DNA of 54,073 bases from Rhodoferax sp. UBA4409 (GCA_002390825.1 DGQR01000253.1:1-54073), one strand, 5' to 3'; counted from the stretch's first letter, positions 1 through 9,394 are shown. Notes: a model not told the origin generated them from the letters alone. Numbers and translations: made by a program.

Positions 1-258
1 GTCATCATGATCGGCGAAATCGGTGGACCTGACGAAGCTGAAGCAGCACGTTGGTGCAAGCTGAACATGAAGAAGCCGGTTGTTGGCTTTATTGCTGGTG
101 TGACAGCACCTCCCGGAAAGCGCATGGGCCACGCGGGTGCCTTGATCTCCGGTGGTGCAGATACTGCAGATGCGAAGCTGGCGGTGATGGAAGAATGCGG
201 TTTCAAAGTGACCCGTAACCCTTCTGAGATGGCAAAACTGTTGAAGGCCTTGCTGTAA
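1..258 (+). CDS. sucD: Succinyl-CoA synthetase alpha subunit, C-terminal part (truncated by window start)
   Basis: Motifs IGEIGG, KPVVGFIAG and the phospho-His loop GKRMGHAGA; the frame is open to position 1. Confidence 0.97.
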   Translation, partial: VIMIGEIGGPDEAEAARWCKLNMKKPVVGFIAGVTAPPGKRMGHAGALISGGADTADAKLAVMEECGFKVTRNPSEMAKLLKALL

Positions 259-304
259 TAGGTGCGCCAGACCTGCTGCTATCCAAGCGCAGGGAACAGA
301 CAGG

Positions 305-331
305 AGCCCGGTCTAACGACCGGGCTTTTTT
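305..331 (+). terminator. Intrinsic terminator after sucD
   Basis: Perfect 9-bp stem AGCCCGGTC/GACCGGGCT, loop TAAC, followed by a T run. Confidence 0.85.
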
Positions 332-450
332 ACGTCTATCGGTTTGCGTGTGTTGCCGCGAGAAAGCGCCTCTGGTAAGGTGCGTTGAGCTGTCAGGTGA
401 GTAAATACGAAGCACACAAACAAGTATGCGCAAGGACAATCGGGGAGTCA

Positions 451-3063
451 GTGAGGGTGGCTAGCGCACCCAAAAACAGAGCGTTCTGGCGAACTGATTG
501 GTTTGTCGGATTGCTTGTTTCCGCAGTCGCGACCGTTGCACTGCTGACAACGGGCTTGGCGGCTTCTTTGGAGCGGCGTTTTTACGATATTGCCAGTGCT
601 TCCAATGCGCGCCTGCCTTCTGACCAAATTGCCATCATTGCGATTGACGACCTCAGTGTTTCGAAGCTGGGGCGGTGGCCTTGGCCGCGGAACTACCACG
701 CTGAATTGATCGATCTACTGGCGCAGGCCAAGCCCGCGGCGATTGTTCAAACCATCTTCTTTTTTGAGCCGCAACTGGATGCCGGCTCGGTGCATATCAA
801 AAAGTTAAAAGCTCTGATGGCCGAAGCAGGGGAGATGGCCAATCAAGAGGCTATCGACAAAGCTTTTGCCGAGGCTGAGATTGCTCTCAACACTGACGCT
901 GCGCTCGCGCAGAGCATTCGTGGTGCGGGGAATGTCTTGCTGCCTGTGGACTTCAAGTGGGGTGTGGCCCGATCTGCACCTGACACATCACTCCCCGATT
1001 TTTGGACGAAGGCAGGCGTTTCTGTAGCTGCCTCTGATTTTTTTCCTGCAGAACAGGGCCAGTTTCCGATGGACGAATTGGCACAAGCCGCGGCCGGTGG
1101 GGGACACCTGAACCAGATGCTTGATCCTGATGGCGTGGTTCGCACCGAGCCACTCTGGATCAATGCGGGTGGGAAGGCTTTCCCTTCACTCGCACTATCC
1201 GCCGTTGTCCAGGCATTGGGCTTGTCTGCGACCGATGTTCGGTTTGTGCCCGGCAAAGGTCTCCAGCTCGGAAATCTGCACATTGCAACGGACGAGCACG
1301 CCTTAATGCTCCCCCAGTTTTATGCGACGCGCAATGGCAAGCCAGCCTTCCCGGTCACTTCGTTTTATGACGTCCTAACCAAGAAAGTGCCCGCTGCCAG
1401 GTACCAGGGCAAGATTGTCATTATTGGAGCGACTGCGGCAGGTATTGGCGTTCAGTTTCCCGTTGCGGGGCAGATGGCCTTGTCCCCAGCAGAGACAACG
1501 GCGCATGTGACGTCCAGTCTTCTGGAGCAACACGCCACCTCTCAATCGGCGTGGGCGGATTGGGCCGGCGTTATTGCCTTGCTGATCGTCAGTGCCTATT
1601 TGATGGGAGTGCTGGGCACACTTTCCGCGCCTGTCGCTGCGACGCTGACAACCTTTGCTTTAGTCGGCTTGGTCGGAGGTGAATACCTGTTGTTGGTCAA
1701 CTCTGCAGTTTGGGTGAAGTTGCTGCTACCTGCGATGGTTTTGGCCATCGGCCACATCGGGTTGACGACCAAGCGCTTCTGGATGGTGGAGTTAGGGAAA
1801 ACGCAGTCTGATGCAGAGTCCGCTGAGGCCAACCGCATGATGGGTTTGGCTTTGCAGGGCCAAGGTCAGCTGGACATGGCTTTTGACCGCTTCCGACGGG
1901 TGCCTGCTAGCGATTCGGTTCGTGAGAATTTGTACCAATTGGCGCTTGATTTTGAACGCAAGCGTCAGTTCAACAAGGCTCTTGCCGTCTATGAATATAT
2001 TGCCGCGCAGGACCCCGACTTCAAGGATGTGAAACTGAAGCGAGTGCAAGCGCAGCGACTGTCCACTTCTATCGTGATGGGACGCGATGACAAACGGATC
2101 ACGGCGGCTGTTTTCGAAAATGAAACGATAGAAAAGCCGACACTTGGCCGGTATACCTTGGATGCCGAACTCGGCAAAGGCGCGATGGGTGTGGTTTACC
2201 GCGGCCTGGATCCGAAAATTGGCCGGGTGGTGGCGCTGAAAACTATGGCTCTTGCCGAGGAGTTTTCTGGCGATGAATTGGTGGATGCGCGTGCTCGCTT
2301 TTTTCGTGAGGCAGAAACTGCCGGGCGTTTGCAGCATCCCAATATCGTGACTATTTTTGACGCTGGCGAAGAGAGCGATTTGGCCTACATTGCCATGGAG
2401 TTCGTCGGTGGAACCGACCTCGTCAAACACACCAAGCCCGAAAATCTGCTCCCTGTTGACAGTGTTTTGAGTATTGTGAGTCGCGTTGCCTTGGCTTTGG
2501 ACTATGCCCACCGGCAACAGGTAGTGCACCGCGATATAAAGCCAGCGAATATCATGTTAGAGCCCGATACCAATGCGGTGAAGGTGACAGACTTCGGTAT
2601 TGCAAGAATCTCTGACAGCTATAAAACCAAAACGGGCCTAGTGTTGGGTACGCCCAGTTTCATGTCCCCCGAGCAATTGGCAGGGGCATTTGCTGACGGG
2701 CGCTCGGATCTGTACTCCCTGGGTGTAACGCTGTACCAGTTGTTGACAGGAGTACTTCCATTTCGTGGGGACTCCATGGCAGAGTTGATGTACAAAATTA
2801 CCCATGAAGAGGCTGTGGATGTGCGCCTGCATCTCCCGGATCTGACGGAGGAGCTCGCGAGACTGGTGCAGCGCGCCGTGATGAAAGCTCCTGAAGCCCG
2901 ATTTCAAACAGGGGCTGAGTTTGCGCTGTGCCTTGAGAAGTACGTCACAAATCACAGCAACATATCGTCGGAAGGTGTTCAGGCCGTCACTGTAGACATT
3001 ACGATGCAAAACACGATTCCACTTAAGCGGCCAGTTCGACCGGCGCCGGATATCGAAATCTAA
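451..3063 (+). CDS. Membrane Ser/Thr protein kinase with periplasmic CHASE2 sensor, 3 TM helices, TPR-like segment and Hanks-type kinase domain
   Basis: CHASE2 hallmarks IAIDD..LGRWPWPR, DPDGVVR and KIVIIG. Kinase motifs LGKGAMGVVY, VALK, HRDIKPAN, DFGIAR and GTPSFMSPEQ. Start set at GTG 451 after GGGAG; the ORF is open from 385. Confidence 0.92.
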   Translation: MRVASAPKNRAFWRTDWFVGLLVSAVATVALLTTGLAASLERRFYDIASASNARLPSDQIAIIAIDDLSVSKLGRWPWPRNYHAELIDLLAQAKPAAIVQTIFFFEPQLDAGSVHIKKLKALMAEAGEMANQEAIDKAFAEAEIALNTDAALAQSIRGAGNVLLPVDFKWGVARSAPDTSLPDFWTKAGVSVAASDFFPAEQGQFPMDELAQAAAGGGHLNQMLDPDGVVRTEPLWINAGGKAFPSLALSAVVQALGLSATDVRFVPGKGLQLGNLHIATDEHALMLPQFYATRNGKPAFPVTSFYDVLTKKVPAARYQGKIVIIGATAAGIGVQFPVAGQMALSPAETTAHVTSSLLEQHATSQSAWADWAGVIALLIVSAYLMGVLGTLSAPVAATLTTFALVGLVGGEYLLLVNSAVWVKLLLPAMVLAIGHIGLTTKRFWMVELGKTQSDAESAEANRMMGLALQGQGQLDMAFDRFRRVPASDSVRENLYQLALDFERKRQFNKALAVYEYIAAQDPDFKDVKLKRVQAQRLSTSIVMGRDDKRITAAVFENETIEKPTLGRYTLDAELGKGAMGVVYRGLDPKIGRVVALKTMALAEEFSGDELVDARARFFREAETAGRLQHPNIVTIFDAGEESDLAYIAMEFVGGTDLVKHTKPENLLPVDSVLSIVSRVALALDYAHRQQVVHRDIKPANIMLEPDTNAVKVTDFGIARISDSYKTKTGLVLGTPSFMSPEQLAGAFADGRSDLYSLGVTLYQLLTGVLPFRGDSMAELMYKITHEEAVDVRLHLPDLTEELARLVQRAVMKAPEARFQTGAEFALCLEKYVTNHSNISSEGVQAVTVDITMQNTIPLKRPVRPAPDIEI

Positions 3064-3069
3064 ACAACC

Positions 3070-3855
3070 ATGATGTACCAATTCCACGCCAAAACGGATC
3101 CGGGTCGATGCCGCGAAAACAATGAAGACTCCGTGGCTTTTGATGATCAGGCCTTGGTTGCTGTCCTCGCAGATGGAATGGGCGGCTACAACGCAGGAGA
3201 AATTGCCAGCGGGATGGCGACAGCTTTTATCAAGGCGGAGCTGAGTCGTTGGTTGTCAGAAGCTGGTGCGAATGCACAAATCAGGGATATTCGCCGTGCC
3301 ATGGAGATATGCGTGGACAACGCCAATATCGCCATCTACAACTCAGCCAACGCCAACCCTTCGTTTGCCGGAATGGGGACTACTTTGGTTCTCGGAGTGA
3401 TTAAAGACGGCCGGCTGTTGGTCGGGCATATCGGTGATTCCCGCTGCTATCGGATCCGGCAGGGTCGTATGGAGCAGATCACCAAAGACCATTCGTTGTT
3501 GCAGGAGCAAATGGATGCAGGATTGATTACGCCAGAGCAAGCGGCTGGCTCCCCTATCAAGAATCTGGTCACAAGAGCGCTCGGTGTTGAGCAAGGGGTG
3601 ATGTTGGAGGTCAACGAGTTCAGCATCGAACCTGGCGATGTGTATCTAATGTGCTCAGATGGGCTTTCAGATATGGTGTCTGATGAAGTAATCGTTAGAA
3701 TTGCCTTCGAGGACCTGCGTCTGGAGCCCCTTGCAGAGCATTTAATCTTGGCTGCCAATGAGTGTGGTGGCCGTGACAATATTTCTGTTCTGTTGGTTGC
3801 CGCAGGGGAAGCAGTTGAAAAAAAAGGCTTTATTGCCAAGCTGCTCGGGAAATAA
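3070..3855 (+). CDS. PP2C-family (Stp1/PrpC-like) Ser/Thr phosphatase
   Basis: Motifs R.NNED, ADGMGG, GMGTT, HIGDSR, CSDGL and GGRDN. Confidence 0.95.
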   Translation: MMYQFHAKTDPGRCRENNEDSVAFDDQALVAVLADGMGGYNAGEIASGMATAFIKAELSRWLSEAGANAQIRDIRRAMEICVDNANIAIYNSANANPSFAGMGTTLVLGVIKDGRLLVGHIGDSRCYRIRQGRMEQITKDHSLLQEQMDAGLITPEQAAGSPIKNLVTRALGVEQGVMLEVNEFSIEPGDVYLMCSDGLSDMVSDEVIVRIAFEDLRLEPLAEHLILAANECGGRDNISVLLVAAGEAVEKKGFIAKLLGK

Positions 3856-3900
3856 AGTCGAAACGCTTTCAAAAAGCAACTACAGGAAAAGGAGTCGATC

Positions 3901-4566
3901 ATGCCGAAAATGATCGTATCGATCGATGAGGTCGTGATCAAAGAAGTTCAAATTACTAAAGATCGGACAACTTTGGGGCGCAGGCCTTACAACGACATCG
4001 TGATTGATAACCTGGCTGTAAGTGGCGAACATGCTGTTATTTTGATGGCGGGACAAGACATTTTCCTTGAAGACCTCAACAGCACCAATGGCACTTATGT
4101 GAATGGTAAAGCGGTTAAAAAACAGCAACTCCGCCACGGCGACGGTATCGAAATCGGCAAATACAAGATCAAGTACATAGCTGACGGTATGGTCGATAGT
4201 TTTGACAAAACGATGGTAGTGCCTGCGCGTCCGTCTGCGATCACTACACAACCTTTGAATTCAGGGTTTGCTACGGTCGCCGGGGATTCCCAAGGGCTGG
4301 GAGCGTTTCACGCTGCAATCAAAGTACTGTCTGGCGCCGCATCCGGGCGGGAAGTACCGCTAACGAAAGTTGTCACTACCATTGGAAAGCCGGGTGTTGC
4401 GGTTGCCGCGATTACCCGCCGCCAACAAGGCTTCGTGGTGCACCATGTGGAAGGTGCGGGTAATCCAACCTTGAACGGTGCTCCTATCGGGGCTGCGCCA
4501 CTTCCCTTGAAAAATGGGGATTTGGTGGAGTTGGCAGGAACCCAGATGCAGTTCATATTGCATTGA
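3901..4566 (+). CDS. FHA domain protein (canonical N-terminal FHA plus degenerate C-terminal FHA-like domain)
   Basis: LGRRPYND, VSGEHA and DLNSTNGTYVNG; SD AGGAG upstream. Confidence 0.93.
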   Translation: MPKMIVSIDEVVIKEVQITKDRTTLGRRPYNDIVIDNLAVSGEHAVILMAGQDIFLEDLNSTNGTYVNGKAVKKQQLRHGDGIEIGKYKIKYIADGMVDSFDKTMVVPARPSAITTQPLNSGFATVAGDSQGLGAFHAAIKVLSGAASGREVPLTKVVTTIGKPGVAVAAITRRQQGFVVHHVEGAGNPTLNGAPIGAAPLPLKNGDLVELAGTQMQFILH

Positions 4567-4611
4567 ATAGCCTCGCACACAGAATCCCTTGCGCGCAATA
4601 ACGCTTGAGAG

Positions 4612-6870
4612 GTGAATTCCATCTATCGGCATCGAGCCCGTATCGCGGTCACTCTGGTGCCGTTTATCTTCTCAGTTCTTCACCTTTTAGGCGTACTGGA
4701 ACTCGGTGCACTTCACCGGTTGGATAACCTCATCTACGATGCGCGTCTTCGGGCCACGATGCTACGGACGATCGACGACCGTATCGTCATCGTCGATGTA
4801 GATGAAAAGAGCCTGGCTCAAATAGGACGTTGGCCATGGAGTCGTGATGTACTCGCCGACTTGGTCGATAAGCTCTTTGACAAGCACGACATAGGTTTGC
4901 TCGGAGTCGATGTCGTTCTTGCAGAGCCAGACACTAGTTCAGGGCTTCAGCATTTGCGCTCGCTGGCTGCGAATGAGCTCAAAGACAATCCGGCTTTTGC
5001 CGAGCAGGTCGATCGGCTCGCACCAAGCCTTGATTTCGATGCCAGGCTTGCAACCGCTTTAACGAACAGGCCGGTAGTTCTGGGCTATTTCTTCTCTGAT
5101 GCGCCGGCGTTTCGCTCGGGAGGCGCGCTGCCTGCCGCAGTTTTTACAGGGGCTGACCTTGATGGTCATTCCGTGATGGCGCCTGAGTGGTCAGCGTTTG
5201 GGGCGAACCTTGCCGTGTTCTCAAGTGCGACTCCACTGGCGGGTCATACCAATTCTTTTACCGATGCGGATGGCGTTGTCAGGTCCTTGCCGCTCGTTGC
5301 ACGCTATGGTGATGCGTACTACGAGTCTCTCTCCCTGGCCATGTTCCGTGCGCTCACAGGGGAGCCACAGGTTAAGCCTTCATTCTCCAAAGAAACTGTT
5401 TTGCCCAAGGCATATCGCGGCCTTGAAAGCTTGGTGCTTGCCAAAGAGGGCAAGAGTCTTGTGCTGCCCGTTGACAATCGTGGTGGAGCACTCATCTCTT
5501 TCCGTGGCCCCGGCGGGCCTGCTGGTGGGTCTTTTCGCTATGTTTCTGCGGTAGATGTACTAAACAATACGCTTCCCCCTGGAATGCTCCAAAACAAAAT
5601 TGTGCTGCTTGGTACAACTGCACTGGGTTTGTTTGATATGCGGGTGACGCCGGCCGGAGAAACCTACCCTGGGGTTGAAACACATGCGAGTGTTTTGTCC
5701 TCCATGCTGGATGGGCGCTTGAAAGTAAAGCCTGACTACGCTTTCGGGTATGAGTTCATTATGCTGTTGAGCGCCGGCTTGATGCTTGCTTTTTGTTTGC
5801 CTCTGCTTTCGGCGTTCAAAGCAGTGCTGCTGAGTTTTGCAATGCTCGTTGTATTGATCACCTCCAACTTCTGGCTATACGATGAGTTTGGCTTGGCATT
5901 GCCGCTGGCGACATCGCTGGCGATGACCGTGACTGCGTTCGCGCTGAACATGAGCTATGGATATTTTGTCGAAAGCCGTTCAAAGAGAGAGTTGGCGAAC
6001 CTGTTTGGTACCTATGTACCGCCAGAGCTGGTAGATGAAATGGTTCGGGATCCAGACAGTTACACCATGCAGGCCACCAGCCGTGAGTTGACGGTCATGT
6101 TTTGCGATATGCGTGGTTTCACACGGATGTCAGAGTCTATGGAGCCGATCCAATTGCAGTCCATGTTGACTGACATATTCAGTCGTATCACTACTGTCAT
6201 CCGGGCCAACAAAGGCACGATTGACAAATACATGGGCGACTGCGTCATGGCCTTTTGGGGGGCGCCAGTCGAGGCGGTGGATCACGCCGCCTTGGCAGTA
6301 AAGTGCGCCGTTGAAATTGAGCAGATGCTTCAAACACTAAACACGGAACACCGAGCGCGAGGCCTCCCTGAGATCGGCGTCGGCATCGGCATCAATACGG
6401 GGCTCATGTGTGTCGGTGATATGGGGTCCGAGATGCGGCGCAGCTACACGGTGATTGGCGATGCAGTAAACCTTGGTTCCCGTTTGGAAGGGCTGACCAA
6501 GATTTACGGCGTTAGCATCATCGTGAATGAAACCACAAAAGCGCTCATTCCTGAGCTCGCTTGGCAAGAGCTAGACAAGGTTAGGGTGAAAGGCAAAGAG
6601 CAGTCCGTAACGATTTGGACCCCTTGGACCCCTTGGACCCAATCCTCTGTGTCGGATGCCGCTGTAAGCGGGGAGTTGGCGTTGTGGCATGAATTCCTGG
6701 CCCACTATCGTGTGCAATCGTGGGCGGCAGCTGAAAGGGTGCTGTTGAACTTGTTGGACGTTGCCGGTACCAAACCTCTATATAGCTATTACGCTGCCCG
6801 GCTTTCAAGTTTGAAACGGTTACCGTTGGATCCGGAATGGGACGGAAGCACGCAGTTCGGGTCCACTTAA
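4612..6870 (+). CDS. CHASE2-domain class III nucleotide cyclase, probably an adenylate cyclase
   Basis: CHASE2 (VDVDEKSL..IGRWPWSR, DADGVVR) and 3 TMs. Catalytic motifs FCDMRGFT, DKYMGDC and YTVIGDAVNLGSRLEG. The Lys/Thr specificity residues are those associated with ATP use. Confidence 0.93.
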   Translation: MNSIYRHRARIAVTLVPFIFSVLHLLGVLELGALHRLDNLIYDARLRATMLRTIDDRIVIVDVDEKSLAQIGRWPWSRDVLADLVDKLFDKHDIGLLGVDVVLAEPDTSSGLQHLRSLAANELKDNPAFAEQVDRLAPSLDFDARLATALTNRPVVLGYFFSDAPAFRSGGALPAAVFTGADLDGHSVMAPEWSAFGANLAVFSSATPLAGHTNSFTDADGVVRSLPLVARYGDAYYESLSLAMFRALTGEPQVKPSFSKETVLPKAYRGLESLVLAKEGKSLVLPVDNRGGALISFRGPGGPAGGSFRYVSAVDVLNNTLPPGMLQNKIVLLGTTALGLFDMRVTPAGETYPGVETHASVLSSMLDGRLKVKPDYAFGYEFIMLLSAGLMLAFCLPLLSAFKAVLLSFAMLVVLITSNFWLYDEFGLALPLATSLAMTVTAFALNMSYGYFVESRSKRELANLFGTYVPPELVDEMVRDPDSYTMQATSRELTVMFCDMRGFTRMSESMEPIQLQSMLTDIFSRITTVIRANKGTIDKYMGDCVMAFWGAPVEAVDHAALAVKCAVEIEQMLQTLNTEHRARGLPEIGVGIGINTGLMCVGDMGSEMRRSYTVIGDAVNLGSRLEGLTKIYGVSIIVNETTKALIPELAWQELDKVRVKGKEQSVTIWTPWTPWTQSSVSDAAVSGELALWHEFLAHYRVQSWAAAERVLLNLLDVAGTKPLYSYYAARLSSLKRLPLDPEWDGSTQFGST
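6615..6640 (+). repeat. In-frame 9-bp tandem repeat (TTGGACCCC, about 2.9 units) encoding WTPWTPWT
   Basis: Read directly from the sequence. Confidence 0.9.
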
Positions 6871-6952
6871 AGGGATGTCTGCTCCTTTTGCCGTTTAGCC
6901 GTCGTTGGCTGTTCATGCTATTTGACTGTCCGAAAAAGAAAGAAGTACTTCC

Positions 6953-9373
6953 ATGAATCATTCGCAGCCGGGAGGGGGGAGTTCCTCGTTGAGTGAGCAG
7001 GCTTTTTACGACTCACAAAAGCAGCCCGTTAAAAAACGCGGAATGACGTTCGAGGCACTGTTCTATCGGCAACTGCATCAAGTAACTGCGCGTATTCACG
7101 ACACGGTGCAACTCGAGCAAATCATGCTCGAAACCAGCCAAGAGATATGCAAACTGCTCAATGCGGATCGACTCACCTTGTACGCAGTAGCGGATGATGG
7201 TGTTTCTATCGTCTCAAAAATAAAGACCGGCCTCAATACAAGCAAGGAATTGAAGCTACCAATTTCGCCGCAAAGTCTTGCCGGCTACGCGGCCTATAGC
7301 AGGACGATCCTCAATCTGCCGGATGTCTATAACGAAGAGGCGCTGCGCAAGATCCACCCGTCCCTCAACTTCTTAAAAGAAGTGGACAAGCGCTCCGGCT
7401 ACCGAACCAAGCAAATGATGGTTGCGCCAATTCTCGACGGTAACGTTTTGCATGGCGTCCTGCAGGTCATCAATAGCAAGAGCGACGAGCCCTTCGGAGA
7501 GTTAGAACTTGATGGAGTGACGGAGCTCTGCAAAACCCTTGCCACCGCCATCCGACAACGGGTGGCCACCCAAGAGAATCGGCCCCGACGTGAGCGTACT
7601 CGCTATGACAGTTTAGTGAACGCTGGTTTGTTGTCGGATATCGATCTTCAACAGCTTGCACAAGAAGCACGCGACGAAGGTGAACCGCTTGAGCAGCTCA
7701 TCATCAGCCGCACGGGTTTGTTGCCGAGTCAGGTTGGCGCCGGTTTGGCGCAGTTTTTCGGAGTGGTCTATGAGCCGCGCAGCAGCGCTCGCATTCGTTC
7801 GGAGGCATTGCATGGGCCTTTAAAACGCGAGTTTCTCGAGGAGCAGGGCTGGGTTCCTCTGGAGGAGTCGCCTGAAGGTTTGGTGATAATGTGTCTTGAC
7901 CCCGAAGCGGTAAAAGGCTCGAGAGTGGTGCCACAAGTTTTTCCGCGGATTAGCAAGTTTGCGTACCGGGTGACAACACAAATAGAGTTTATCGAGACGC
8001 TTTCGCAATTATTTGGGGCGACTGCGGACTCCAGTACCATTGATCAATTACTCGCCGATATGGACGGTGGGCCTATTGAAGATTCCGGTAATGATGAGTC
8101 ACTAGAGTCTGCCGCTGCAGACAATGAATTGGTGAAGTTCGTCAACAAAGTCATTATTGATGCCTATCATCAGAGGGTGTCGGATATACACATTGAGCCC
8201 ATGCCGGGTAAATTTAAAACCGGTATCCGCTTTCGGATCGACGGAAGTCTAGTCCCTTACGTTGAGGTACCCGCCCACTTTCGCCAGGCGATGGTCACGC
8301 GCCTCAAAATTATGTGCGACCTTGATATTTCAGAGCGTCGAAAGCCGCAAGACGGAAAAATCAAGTTTAAAAAGTACGGTCCGCTAGATATTGAGTTACG
8401 TGTTGCAACTATTCCGTCAGCAGGTGGAGTCGAGGATGTAGTGATGCGGATATTGGCAGCAGGTGAGCCAATACCGTTAGAAAAACTGGGGTTGACTGCG
8501 CACAATAGGACCAGACTAGAGGCAACAGTCAGTAAACCGTATGGTTTGTTTTACGTATGTGGGCCAACGGGTTCGGGTAAGACTACTACGCTGCATTCCA
8601 TATTGAAGTTTCTCAACACGCCAGATACCAAAATATGGACTGCTGAAGATCCGGTGGAGATCACACAAAAGGGGTTGCGCCAAGTTCAGATTAACAAAAA
8701 GGCGGGCATCGACTTCGCTTTAGTTATGCGCGCCTTCTTGCGGGCGGACCCGGACATCATCATGGTCGGCGAATCGCGAGATAAAGAAACCGTGTCCATG
8801 GGCGTCGAAGCCTCGTTGACCGGTCACATGGTGTTCTCCACCCTGCACACCAACTCTGCACCCGAATCCATCACCCGCCTTTTAGATATGGGCATGGACC
8901 CCTTCAATTTCGCGGATGCATTGCTAGGCATCTTGGCTCAACGACTTGCCAAAAAGCTGTGCGATTGCAAGGCGGCGTATGTGCCGACTGACGACGAATT
9001 GCGTTTGTTTTGTAAAGAGTATGCCGAAGAGTTGCGGAACACGGATTCATGGAAAAGCGATTACGAAGCTGAGACCCAGAAACTGATTCGGCAATGGAGG
9101 GATGCTTACAGCGATGGCGGACCCTTGAAACTCTACAAAGCTGTCGGCTGTGAGAAATGCAATAAAACCGGCTACAAAGGGCGGGTGGGTCTGCATGAGC
9201 TGATGGTCGCAGACGACCATCTCAAGAAGCTTATACAAGAGCGTGCGCGAGTGGCGGAACTATTCGCCAGCGCAGTCCAAGGGGGGATGCGCACTTTAAA
9301 GATGGATGGAATGGAAAAAATCTTGATGGGCCTCACGGATCTCAAGATGGTGAGGCAAGTGTGTATCAAGTGA
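6953..9373 (+). CDS. GAF-domain-fused PilB/GspE-family pilus assembly ATPase
   Basis: N-terminal GAF (ADRLTLY, GYAAY, DKRSGYRTKQMMVAPI, VLQVIN). ATPase motifs SDIHIEP, ERRKPQDG, Walker A GPTGSGKT, EDPVE, LRADPDIIMVGE and STLHTN. Alternative start at 7043. Confidence 0.93.
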   Translation: MNHSQPGGGSSSLSEQAFYDSQKQPVKKRGMTFEALFYRQLHQVTARIHDTVQLEQIMLETSQEICKLLNADRLTLYAVADDGVSIVSKIKTGLNTSKELKLPISPQSLAGYAAYSRTILNLPDVYNEEALRKIHPSLNFLKEVDKRSGYRTKQMMVAPILDGNVLHGVLQVINSKSDEPFGELELDGVTELCKTLATAIRQRVATQENRPRRERTRYDSLVNAGLLSDIDLQQLAQEARDEGEPLEQLIISRTGLLPSQVGAGLAQFFGVVYEPRSSARIRSEALHGPLKREFLEEQGWVPLEESPEGLVIMCLDPEAVKGSRVVPQVFPRISKFAYRVTTQIEFIETLSQLFGATADSSTIDQLLADMDGGPIEDSGNDESLESAAADNELVKFVNKVIIDAYHQRVSDIHIEPMPGKFKTGIRFRIDGSLVPYVEVPAHFRQAMVTRLKIMCDLDISERRKPQDGKIKFKKYGPLDIELRVATIPSAGGVEDVVMRILAAGEPIPLEKLGLTAHNRTRLEATVSKPYGLFYVCGPTGSGKTTTLHSILKFLNTPDTKIWTAEDPVEITQKGLRQVQINKKAGIDFALVMRAFLRADPDIIMVGESRDKETVSMGVEASLTGHMVFSTLHTNSAPESITRLLDMGMDPFNFADALLGILAQRLAKKLCDCKAAYVPTDDELRLFCKEYAEELRNTDSWKSDYEAETQKLIRQWRDAYSDGGPLKLYKAVGCEKCNKTGYKGRVGLHELMVADDHLKKLIQERARVAELFASAVQGGMRTLKMDGMEKILMGLTDLKMVRQVCIK

Positions 9374-9378
9374 CGGAG

Positions 9379-9394
9379 GTGACAATCTTGTCAC
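9379..9394. promoter_or_regulatory. Palindrome GTGACAA-TC-TTGTCAC, candidate PilR-type enhancer site
   Basis: Perfect inverted repeat about 100 bp upstream of the sigma54 promoter; a related half-site GTGTCAC lies at about 9429-9435. Confidence 0.65.

Noticed and set aside
3818-3826. Poly-A run in the PP2C gene, and the poly-T run near 23972-23980, as phase-variation tracts
   Set aside because: The runs are short. The first encodes EKK in an intact frame near the C-terminus, and there is no evidence of variation.
451-4566. Kinase-PP2C-FHA triad as part of a type VI secretion cluster
   Set aside because: No tss, hcp or vgrG genes in the window; the neighbours are a cyclase and pilus genes.
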